A stretch of 11,174 nucleotides of DNA from Fidelibacterota bacterium (lineage in GTDB: Bacteria > Fidelibacterota > Marinisomatia > Marinisomatales > TCS55), in contig JAPNQO010000090.1 in the NCBI GenBank assembly GCA_027251445.1, positions 1-11,174 on the forward strand, written 5' to 3'. A model generated the notes under the pieces. It saw nothing but the letters and a program-made list of their open reading frames with translations. It searched no databases and was not told the DNA's origin. Below are positions 1-7,279 of this stretch, in pieces. The position numbers were made by a program, and so were the translations under genes. The number at the start of each line of letters is the position of its first letter. Position 1 is the first letter of the stretch.

Positions 1-278
1 ATATTATTATTTTGAGAGAAATCTTCTAAGATCTTAGCAATTGCTAATTGTGGATTTTTATGAATGATTCCTGATTTATCATTTAATAAAGAAGGTTCAT
101 CCACAATAACAGCTGATGCCTTAGTTGATGATAAATATTTCTTATATTTTGAATTACCTAAAAAAGTTATGGTTGATTCCCTACCATTTTGTATTTCAGA
201 AACCCCTGATATAATCATTTTATCATCACCTACTGCTTCACCATTTACAAGCTTTGCTAAATCAAATAATGTTTTCAA
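1..278 (-). CDS. lpxD: UDP-3-O-(3-hydroxyacyl)glucosamine N-acyltransferase, N-terminal part (runs off the left edge; not in the ORF track)
   Basis: Manual minus-strand translation from TTG at 278 gives MKTLFDLAKLVNGEAVGDDKMIISGVSEIQNGRESTITFLGNSKYKKYLSSTKASAVIV...HKNPQLAIAKILEDF, open to the edge. This matches the LpxD N-terminal domain pattern (ITFL.N.KY...T.ASAVIV...NP.LA.A) and lies directly after skp, the canonical position. Confidence 0.9.
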   Translation of the reverse strand, partial: MKTLFDLAKLVNGEAVGDDKMIISGVSEIQNGRESTITFLGNSKYKKYLSSTKASAVIVDEPSLLNDKSGIIHKNPQLAIAKILEDFSQNNN

Positions 279-293
279 CTTTAAATTATTTTA

Positions 294-821
294 TTAGTTG
301 TCATCAGGAAGACTGTACTTTCTTAGCTCATATAGCACGTCATCTGTTAAGTCATAAGTTGGATTACCAAATAATAATGAAACTGATCCATCAATAATAA
401 AATCATATTCTTTTGATGCTGCTACTTTATCAACTGCACGTTTTACCTTGCTTAGTATTTCGAACTCCATTTGAGCTTGTTTCTTATATAATTCACCTTC
501 AGGGCCCACTTTTTGAGCTTGAAATGCCTGTATAGTTTGTTCTCTTTGTGCAATCTCTTGTTCTTTTTCTCTGCGCCACTCAGGAGAACTCATCAACCTT
601 TGTGTCTCAAAAGATTTTTTCATACTATCAAGACTCATTAACATGGTTTGATATTCAAACTGTACTTTGCGAAACTCCATTTGTAATTGTGATTCTGCAT
701 CTTTGAACTCCTCAAATTCTGCTCTAATTCTATCTGATTGAACAAAACCAATCTTACTTTGTGCAGGCATAGAAGCGACTGCTAAAAACAGTACAACAAA
801 ACCTAATAATATCTTTTTCAT
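294..821 (-). CDS. skp: Skp/OmpH periplasmic outer-membrane-protein chaperone
   Basis: Signal peptide MKKILLGFVVLFLAVASMPAQ, then KIGFV, a coiled-coil body and C-terminal YDFIID...DLTDDVL. It follows bamA. Start placed at ATG 821 behind an AAAGG SD-like motif; the ORF track start is 848. Confidence 0.93.
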   Translation of the reverse strand: MKKILLGFVVLFLAVASMPAQSKIGFVQSDRIRAEFEEFKDAESQLQMEFRKVQFEYQTMLMSLDSMKKSFETQRLMSSPEWRREKEQEIAQREQTIQAFQAQKVGPEGELYKKQAQMEFEILSKVKRAVDKVAASKEYDFIIDGSVSLLFGNPTYDLTDDVLYELRKYSLPDDN

Positions 822-848
822 TATATTACCTTTCTTATTATAAATCAT

Positions 849-3251
849 CTAAAAAACATTGCCAAAAATAATTGTATAATTCCAACCTGGGGGTTCACCC
901 GTATCATTAATAACATCAAACCCATAACCCATATCAAAACCTAGTACTCCCATCATGGGCATATAAAACCTAATTCCAATCCCTGCTGATCTTTTCATAG
1001 AAAATGCTCCTTCTCTAGGAATATCAAAAGATTCTGACATATTTAAAGTATTCCACACATTACCCATTTCAGCAAACATTAATCCATAAATTACAGGGTT
1101 TTGAGAAATAGGAACACGAAATTCTGTTACTGACCGTAATAATGCATTTCCACCAGTAGGCCCTGGACTAATTGAATTATCAGGATAACCACGTAGCATA
1201 TTGCCGTAAGGCATTCCATTGCCCCCCATAATAAATTTTTCATCAAAAGGAATAATTGATCTTTGATTATCTAAATTTTCTAATGGTTGAATAACACCAA
1301 TTTTAAATGAGCTCATCAATACAAATTTCCAGAATGTAGGTGTGAACCATTCTAAATTCAATACATGTTTAGCAAAATCTTCATTCCCACCAAATAAATT
1401 TCCTGATAGAGTTGTTTCCCATGTAAACTTTGATCCTTGAGTTGGAAACTCATGATGATTCCTTTTGTCTCTTGTTATTACCTGGGTAATACTGTTACCA
1501 AATGTTGTTCCCAATCCATTAACGTATTGATCTAATTCTTCTTCAGTGCCTTCATAGGTTTTTTTCATTGATCTAACTACCCAATATCCTCTAAAATAAT
1601 CATCAGGCCATTTAAACCGTCTACCCCATTGAACAGAACCGCCTCGCATCTTTAAATCTAAAGGGAAATAATAGTTAGTTCCCTGCCCTCGATATGTATA
1701 ATAGATGGAAAAACCAACTCTATTTGGCGTATCAAATATCATTGGATCAACAAAACTCATACTAAAACTTTTAAATTGAGATGTTGGCTGAGAAGAATAA
1801 AAGTTGTACCTAGATCCTATATTATAACTAATCATAAATTGCTGGCCTAAACCTCTAAAATTAGCAAATTCCACCCCAACTCCTCCTGAAAGTCCATAAA
1901 CACCACTGTATCCTATATTAGCATTCGCCCGGTCTGAAGACTTTTCTTCTACTACAATTTCTAAATCTACTTGATCTTCATCTACTGGTGCAACATCAGG
2001 TAGAACATTTGCAAAGTAATTTAACCTAGCTAGGTTGCTTTGACTTCTTATAAGCATCTCTCTATTAAATATATCACCTGGAAAAATATTTAATTCTCTT
2101 CTAATAACATTCTCTCTAGTGTGCTCATTCCCAAAAATCGATATATTTCTTACACTAACTTGATGGTTTTCAATTACGGGAAAATGTATATCTAAAGAAT
2201 CGTCTCCTATAGGAATAAATTGTGGATCTATACGGCTATATATATATCCGCGATCCATATATAAACCTTGCATATTGTTATATACTGCAACATTAAATTC
2301 CTCTTCATTATAGTAATCGCCTTTATTGAGATTTAAAGCTCGATCTAATTTATTTGTATCAAAAAGGGTGTTCCCATCCCAAGTGAAATTTCTATACTTA
2401 TACCTAGTACCTTCATTAATATTAATAACTATATCAATATTTTTAAGTTTAGGATCTGAAATTGTTGTATCTGAAGTTATATAAAAATCACGATAGCCAT
2501 TATTTCGATAAAAAGTTTCTAATGCTACTTTATCTTCTTTGAATTTGTTTTGATCAAAAAAAGATCTCCAAAATAAATACCATCGCTGCTGCTTTGTTTC
2601 TTTAAAAATTCTACGTAAGCGAAAATCAGAATAGGACTCATTACCATCAAATATAATTTTATTAATTTTTACTTTATCATTTTCTTCAATTGTAAAAACA
2701 ATATCTTTTGTTAGTTCTTGTTTTATAGTTTTATTATCTGAATTTGTATTATCTAAATTATTCTTTGGGGTAACTAATTTTGCGTTGATTTCAGCAAGTA
2801 AAAAACCATCTTCTGCATAAAACTTCTTTAGTTTTGATATAGAATCAATAAGAATATGAGGTTTAATTCTTTGTCCTTTATATAACTCTAATTCATCTTG
2901 TAACTGTTTATCCTTTAATCGTTTATTTCCATTATAAATTATTGAGCCTAATATTGGGTTTTCTTCAACAAGTATGGTAATAAATAAACCTTCAGCAGTC
3001 TCTTTGTCAATGACAATCTGAACATCTTTAAATAATCCCAATTGCCAAAGTCTTTTGACAGCTCGAGAAAAATCTGTGACATTAATTAATTCATTTTGCC
3101 TCAAACCTGATGTATATCTAATCATTGTTTCAGCAGCAAGGGCATTCCCTTCAACTTCTACACCAAGAAGATTTACATCTTGTTGTGCATAAGCATCAAT
3201 ATTTATAAAAAGTATTGCTATAATAAGCTTGATAGGGAGTTTATTTATCAT
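849..3251 (-). CDS. bamA: Outer membrane protein assembly factor BamA (Omp85)
   Basis: 800 aa with a signal peptide, POTRA repeats (e.g. GNEHTRENVIRREL), a beta-barrel with the LRGY loop-6 motif, SAGIGIRFYMPMMGVLGFDMGYG and a terminal Phe. Confidence 0.97.
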   Translation of the reverse strand: MINKLPIKLIIAILFINIDAYAQQDVNLLGVEVEGNALAAETMIRYTSGLRQNELINVTDFSRAVKRLWQLGLFKDVQIVIDKETAEGLFITILVEENPILGSIIYNGNKRLKDKQLQDELELYKGQRIKPHILIDSISKLKKFYAEDGFLLAEINAKLVTPKNNLDNTNSDNKTIKQELTKDIVFTIEENDKVKINKIIFDGNESYSDFRLRRIFKETKQQRWYLFWRSFFDQNKFKEDKVALETFYRNNGYRDFYITSDTTISDPKLKNIDIVININEGTRYKYRNFTWDGNTLFDTNKLDRALNLNKGDYYNEEEFNVAVYNNMQGLYMDRGYIYSRIDPQFIPIGDDSLDIHFPVIENHQVSVRNISIFGNEHTRENVIRRELNIFPGDIFNREMLIRSQSNLARLNYFANVLPDVAPVDEDQVDLEIVVEEKSSDRANANIGYSGVYGLSGGVGVEFANFRGLGQQFMISYNIGSRYNFYSSQPTSQFKSFSMSFVDPMIFDTPNRVGFSIYYTYRGQGTNYYFPLDLKMRGGSVQWGRRFKWPDDYFRGYWVVRSMKKTYEGTEEELDQYVNGLGTTFGNSITQVITRDKRNHHEFPTQGSKFTWETTLSGNLFGGNEDFAKHVLNLEWFTPTFWKFVLMSSFKIGVIQPLENLDNQRSIIPFDEKFIMGGNGMPYGNMLRGYPDNSISPGPTGGNALLRSVTEFRVPISQNPVIYGLMFAEMGNVWNTLNMSESFDIPREGAFSMKRSAGIGIRFYMPMMGVLGFDMGYGFDVINDTGEPPGWNYTIIFGNVF

Positions 3252-3257
3252 TATTAA

Positions 3258-3983
3258 TTAATCGAAAATCTTTCCAAAACGACGATCACGTGTTTGGTAT
3301 TCTTTTATGGCTTTAGATAATTCATTTTCTCGAAACTCTGGCCAATATTTTTTTGTTACATAAATTTCAGAATATGCAATCTGCCAAAGTAAAAAATTGC
3401 TTAATCTAAATTCACCTCCAGTCCGAATTAATAAGTCTGGATCAGGAATTTTTGATGTATCTAATTCATGTATAATATTGTCTTCATTAATTTTATTTGG
3501 ATCTAAATCACCATTCATAGATTTTATTGCAATATTTTTTACCATTCGTAATATTTCATTTCTGCTACCATAACTTAAAGCAAGAATTAAGTTCAATCCG
3601 GAATTATTTTTTGTTTTCTCTAAACCTTCTTCCATTCCTTTCCTAGCATTGGTGGGTAGATCTTCTAAATTTCCTATTGTCATTAAACGTACATTATTTT
3701 TATTTAAATCTTTAATCTCGCGTCTTATTGTAGATAATAATAAACGCATTAACGCCTTTACTTCATTTTTTGGTCGCTTCCAATTTTCAGAAGAAAAAGT
3801 ATAAAGAGATAAATATTTTACACCAATTTCATCGCATTTCTTAGTTATTGCTCTAACAGAACCTATACCCTCTTTGTGCCCTGCAATCCTTGGAAGTGAA
3901 TTTGTCTTTGCCCACCTACCGTTTCCATCCATTATTATTGCAATATGAGCTGGTATATTATTATCTACTAATTTATTAGACAT
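3258..3983 (-). CDS. uppS: Undecaprenyl diphosphate synthase (cis-prenyltransferase)
   Basis: Motifs HIAIIMDGNGRWA, YTFSSENWKRP, PDPDLLIRTGGEFRLSNFLLWQ and RDRRFG. ATG at 3983 preferred over TTG at 3995. Confidence 0.97.
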   Translation of the reverse strand: MSNKLVDNNIPAHIAIIMDGNGRWAKTNSLPRIAGHKEGIGSVRAITKKCDEIGVKYLSLYTFSSENWKRPKNEVKALMRLLLSTIRREIKDLNKNNVRLMTIGNLEDLPTNARKGMEEGLEKTKNNSGLNLILALSYGSRNEILRMVKNIAIKSMNGDLDPNKINEDNIIHELDTSKIPDPDLLIRTGGEFRLSNFLLWQIAYSEIYVTKKYWPEFRENELSKAIKEYQTRDRRFGKIFD

Positions 3984-4078
3984 TTTAGTGTACAAAAATT
4001 CATTATTTTATAAGTTTAAACAGGCAAAGTTAACTCAATTTTTTAAAATAAAATCAATGTAAACTTAACGTCTAAAAG

Positions 4079-4474
4079 TTAAGATGGTTCCTCATATAAT
4101 TCTGCTATATGATGATCAAATGGTAATATTTTTTTTGGGATCACCTTAATCCCAAAAAACTCGCTTTTGCACTTATAACAAACAATACTATCAGGAACTT
4201 GATTATAAAGTAACCAATCAATAAGAGCTACAACGGCTAAGCTCAAACCATAGGTCATAGGAACAAAAATGATTCCAACTATTATTATACCACAACCTAA
4301 AATCTTGTTGAAGTCTTTTTGAAGATAAAAATGAGAACTTTCACAGGCTGGACATTTTTCAAACTTCATAAAATTGTCCCATTCATTTTGATCTAGATTA
4401 TATAAACAATTTACTTTGCCATTCAGTTCATGTTTATCTTTACAAAGTTCACAAAAGAAATATGGATTAATCAT
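4079..4474 (-). CDS. Uncharacterised small membrane protein with three CxxC motifs (putative Zn/Fe binding)
   Basis: 131 aa: CELC, CPAC, YLQKDFNK, a hydrophobic hairpin of about 2 TM, CYKC and C-terminal FDHHIAELY. Start overlaps the upstream stop (ATGA, 4471-4474). Confidence 0.8.
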   Translation of the reverse strand: MINPYFFCELCKDKHELNGKVNCLYNLDQNEWDNFMKFEKCPACESSHFYLQKDFNKILGCGIIIVGIIFVPMTYGLSLAVVALIDWLLYNQVPDSIVCYKCKSEFFGIKVIPKKILPFDHHIAELYEEPS

Positions 4475-5262
4475 ACAATTATTCCAAATCTAAATGCATA
4501 ATACTTATAAAAAAGATCTCCAAATAAGAGCGAAACTACAGATACATAGATAAGGCCTGTTGCGCTTTGGGTGGATTGTATTTGTAAAGTATACCAAATA
4601 AAAACATTTAATATAATAGGAACAATTAAGCCAAAAAATATTGCAACCAATAATAGAAACCCTTCAAATGTCCATAAAAAAGAAAATAATGATAAATTAA
4701 AACCATAATTATCAGTCACTTCAAAAGTTGTTAAAGCATATATATTCCAGAATAATCTTATTATTAATAAAAAGGATAATAAAATGATACTATTCTTTAA
4801 TAGTTTAATAGGAAGCTGAATGACATTTAAATACCAATGGCCTAAAATCATTGAAAAAAATACCGACGCAATAATTGAATAACTGATAAAAATTATTACA
4901 TAATCACTTAGATATAAATCAATTAAAAATACCTGATTCATAACAAGTATCAAATACACTATACCAATAATTGGTGGAGTGGATATAAAGATATTGTTTA
5001 TATGTTTTGTTTTCCAAAAGACAGCAGTTAATACAAGTTGTATAAAAAGCCAAAATACACCTAAGTAAAAATTGTTATAATGGGATAATGATAAGTAAAT
5101 AAATATCATTCCAATAGAAATGATAATTGACACCATTCCCTGATTAAAGCGATAAAAGCCACTTTGAATTAATTTATGAGGTGAAAGCCACAATAATAGT
5201 GGATATATAGCACCAAAACCTAAAAATGTAGTTGCTAAAAGCTCAGCAAGAAAAGAAAACAT
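4471..5262 (-). CDS. Uncharacterised polytopic membrane protein (about 7-8 TM; GHWYL and STQSATG motifs)
   Basis: 263 aa, strongly hydrophobic, with polar motifs SMILGHWYL (GHWYL at 4828-4842) and STQSATG (4555-4575). Begins 12 nt after the mrp stop. Function not assignable. Confidence 0.8.
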   Translation of the reverse strand: MFSFLAELLATTFLGFGAIYPLLLWLSPHKLIQSGFYRFNQGMVSIIISIGMIFIYLSLSHYNNFYLGVFWLFIQLVLTAVFWKTKHINNIFISTPPIIGIVYLILVMNQVFLIDLYLSDYVIIFISYSIIASVFFSMILGHWYLNVIQLPIKLLKNSIILLSFLLIIRLFWNIYALTTFEVTDNYGFNLSLFSFLWTFEGFLLLVAIFFGLIVPIILNVFIWYTLQIQSTQSATGLIYVSVVSLLFGDLFYKYYAFRFGIIV

Positions 5263-5274
5263 TAGCTATAAAAC

Positions 5275-6399
5275 TCAATCAGTTAACTGAGATTGTATTT
5301 TTTTTGCTATATCTCTAAATAAATTTGAAACTGGCTCTTGAGGGTTTGATAAAATGATAGGTTTCCCTGTATCTGTAGAATGCATCATTTCAATAGATAT
5401 TGGGATTTGCCCAAGTAATGGAACATCTAATCTTTTACTTTCTTTCAATCCACCGCCAGATTTAAACAAATTAATGTTAATGGAAAAACTTCCATCCGGA
5501 TTTACATTGATTGCATCATCAATCCCATCAATTTTTATAGAATTATTTTGATTTGTTCCTTTAATTTTTCCAGTTAACTGTAGGCTAGACATATTCTCAA
5601 TAACGCCTAAAATTGGAGTATGTACTTTTCTAAACATGTCAGCTCCTTTTTGTACATCTGCTAATGCTATATCTTGAGGTGTAGTGATAATTATCGCTCC
5701 AGACATACGAAGTTTTTGTGTTAAGGTTAGCTGTATATCTCCTGTGCCAGGAGGAAGATCAAGGACTAAATAATCTAATTCACCCCAATGTACATCATTG
5801 AAGAATTGCTCTGTCATACGGCTTACTAGAGGACCTCTCCAAATAACAGGAGTATCATTTCCACTGATAAAACCGAAACTCATCACTTTTAGACCATAAT
5901 GTTCAATAGGAATAATTTTTCTATCATCGGTCATCTTTGGGTTTTCATTCATCCCTAATATTATTGGTAATGATGGTCCGTAAATATCTAAATCTAATAA
6001 TCCAACGGAATTGTTATTTTCCCTAAGCGCTAAGGCAACATTTGCAGCAACTGTTGATTTACCCACACCACCCTTTCCAGATGCAATAGCAATAATATTT
6101 TTAATATTATTTAAATTAAACTTATTTTGTTCAGCGGAAGGGTTAGATTGAGGATTATTTGGAGACTCATTAATTATCTGAATATTTACTTCCTTAAAAT
6201 GGTTTGATAATTTTGTTTCTATATCCGCAATAACTTTGTCTTTACTATCCTGATTCTGGGTTTTTAAAGCTATATCAATATTTATTGCATCATCTTTAAT
6301 AGTTATCTCTTTTATTAAACCAAATGATACAATATCACGGGAAAATCCTGGATATTTCACTGATTTTAAAAGTTCTAGTATCTGAGCATTATCCATCAT
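5275..6399 (-). CDS. mrp: Mrp/ApbC/NBP35-family P-loop ATPase (Fe-S carrier family), cysteine-free variant
   Basis: N-terminal DUF59-like segment (VKYPGFSRDIVSFG), deviant Walker A SGKGGVGKST, DLDIYGPS, WRGP, WGELDYLVLDLPPGTGD, TTPQDIA and GVIENMS. Confidence 0.93.
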   Translation of the reverse strand: MMDNAQILELLKSVKYPGFSRDIVSFGLIKEITIKDDAINIDIALKTQNQDSKDKVIADIETKLSNHFKEVNIQIINESPNNPQSNPSAEQNKFNLNNIKNIIAIASGKGGVGKSTVAANVALALRENNNSVGLLDLDIYGPSLPIILGMNENPKMTDDRKIIPIEHYGLKVMSFGFISGNDTPVIWRGPLVSRMTEQFFNDVHWGELDYLVLDLPPGTGDIQLTLTQKLRMSGAIIITTPQDIALADVQKGADMFRKVHTPILGVIENMSSLQLTGKIKGTNQNNSIKIDGIDDAINVNPDGSFSININLFKSGGGLKESKRLDVPLLGQIPISIEMMHSTDTGKPIILSNPQEPVSNLFRDIAKKIQSQLTD

Positions 6400-6407
6400 T
6401 TAAATAT

Positions 6408-6439
6408 AAAAAAAACGGCTGTTAGAAATAACAGCCGTT
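6408..6439 (-). terminator. Intrinsic terminator downstream of the minus-strand ferredoxin
   Basis: Perfect 11-bp inverted repeat AACGGCTGTTA (6414-6424) / TAACAGCCGTT (6429-6439) with a 4-nt loop. The A8 run at 6408-6415 gives a U-tract on the minus strand. It starts 24 nt after the ferredoxin stop. Confidence 0.85.
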
Positions 6440-6463
6440 ATATTAATACTATTAATGTAAAGT

Positions 6464-6766
6464 TTAGCCAGGGAAATCTCTTCCGAACCAATCATAATTG
6501 ATCTTAGTATACTTACTCCATTCATCTGGTACTTCACTTTCTTCAAATATAGCCTCAACTGGACACTCAGGTTCACATGCTCCACAATCGATACATTCTT
6601 CAGGGTCAATATAGAGTTGTTTTCCATCGGGGTCAAATCCATCGGCTTTGGCTTCCGCACCTGCTCCTGATTTATCATCTGGCCCATGTATACAATCTAC
6701 TGGACAAACCTCAACACATGCAGTATCGCAAGTTGATACACAAGGCTCAGCAATTATGTAAGTCAT
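6464..6766 (-). CDS. fdxA: FdxA-type (7Fe-like) dicluster ferredoxin
   Basis: MTYIIAEPC...CVEVCPVDCIH...LYIDPEECIDCGACEPECPVEAIF...VPDEW follows the Azotobacter FdI / actinobacterial FdxA pattern. Strong SD AGGAG upstream. Confidence 0.9.
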   Translation of the reverse strand: MTYIIAEPCVSTCDTACVEVCPVDCIHGPDDKSGAGAEAKADGFDPDGKQLYIDPEECIDCGACEPECPVEAIFEESEVPDEWSKYTKINYDWFGRDFPG

Positions 6767-6861
6767 TTTATTCTCCTAATTATTTCAAATTAATAATAAT
6801 TTTTAGTTCCAAAGGCTAGAATTTATAAGAAAATGTACTAATGAAAAATCCTTTTGGATAA

Positions 6862-6878
6862 TTGGTAATTATTGTCAA
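6862..6878. promoter_or_regulatory. Fur-box-like imperfect palindrome in the divergent ferredoxin intergenic region
   Basis: TTGGTAATTATTGTCAA. The core TGGTAAT-T-ATTGTCA matches the 7-1-7 Fur consensus TGATAAT-N-ATTATCA at 12 of 14 positions. The AT-rich background lowers specificity. Confidence 0.4.
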
Positions 6879-6898
6879 ATGTAATCTATAGTTATAAT
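6872..6898 (+). promoter_or_regulatory. Possible sigma70-type promoter for the plus-strand ferredoxin
   Basis: TTGTCA (6872-6877) and TATAAT (6893-6898). The spacer is only 15 nt, which is suboptimal. Confidence 0.3.
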
Positions 6899-6922
6899 TT
6901 CGGTGCCTAAGATAAATATATT

Positions 6923-7258
6923 ATGGCAAATAATAAAAATTACGATCATTATAAGTCAGTTCCTGATCCTGCAGAAAAGGTTAATTTTAAAAAGAAAAAA
7001 CCTAAACTTATTGCTGTAGTTGACGAAGATAACTGTACAGGATGTCAAGTCTGTGTTCCTTTCTGCCCTGTAGATTGCATTGAGCCAGTTGAAGCTGAAA
7101 AATATGGAATTCCTATTCCACCTGTTCAAGTACGGTATGATGAATGTATTGGTTGTCAGATTTGTGCTAAAGTATGTACAAAGTTGACATGGGATGCAAT
7201 AAGAATGATTAAGACTGAGGAGTTTGAAGATAATTATGACTTTCCAGTTTCTGGGTAA
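6923..7258 (+). CDS. 2x[4Fe-4S] dicluster ferredoxin-domain protein
   Basis: Two CxxCxxCxxxC motifs, CTGCQVCVPFCP and CIGCQICAKVC. IAVVDEDNC resembles the RnfB dicluster domain. Basic N-terminal extension. Confidence 0.9.
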   Translation: MANNKNYDHYKSVPDPAEKVNFKKKKPKLIAVVDEDNCTGCQVCVPFCPVDCIEPVEAEKYGIPIPPVQVRYDECIGCQICAKVCTKLTWDAIRMIKTEEFEDNYDFPVSG

Positions 7259-7279
7259 AATAAGTATTCTTATTTATTT

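Noticed and set aside
64..297. 77-aa plus-strand ORF
   Set aside because: Antisense shadow of the recognisable lpxD frame.
4064..4083. Inverted repeat CTTAAC-N8-GTTAAG at the end of the CxxC gene
   Set aside because: A short AT-rich stem with a poor U-tract is expected by chance.
5354..5551. 65-aa plus-strand ORF
   Set aside because: Entirely antisense within mrp, with no motifs.
6400..6687. 95-aa minus-strand ORF in an alternate frame of fdxA that crosses the terminator and stops directly before the mrp ATG (possible frameshift or antitermination leader)
   Set aside because: No SD, no recognisable protein features and no evident slippery site; most likely a chance off-frame ORF. Only ribosome profiling could rescue it.
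6577..6819. 80-aa plus-strand ORF
   Set aside because: Antisense to a clear ferredoxin.
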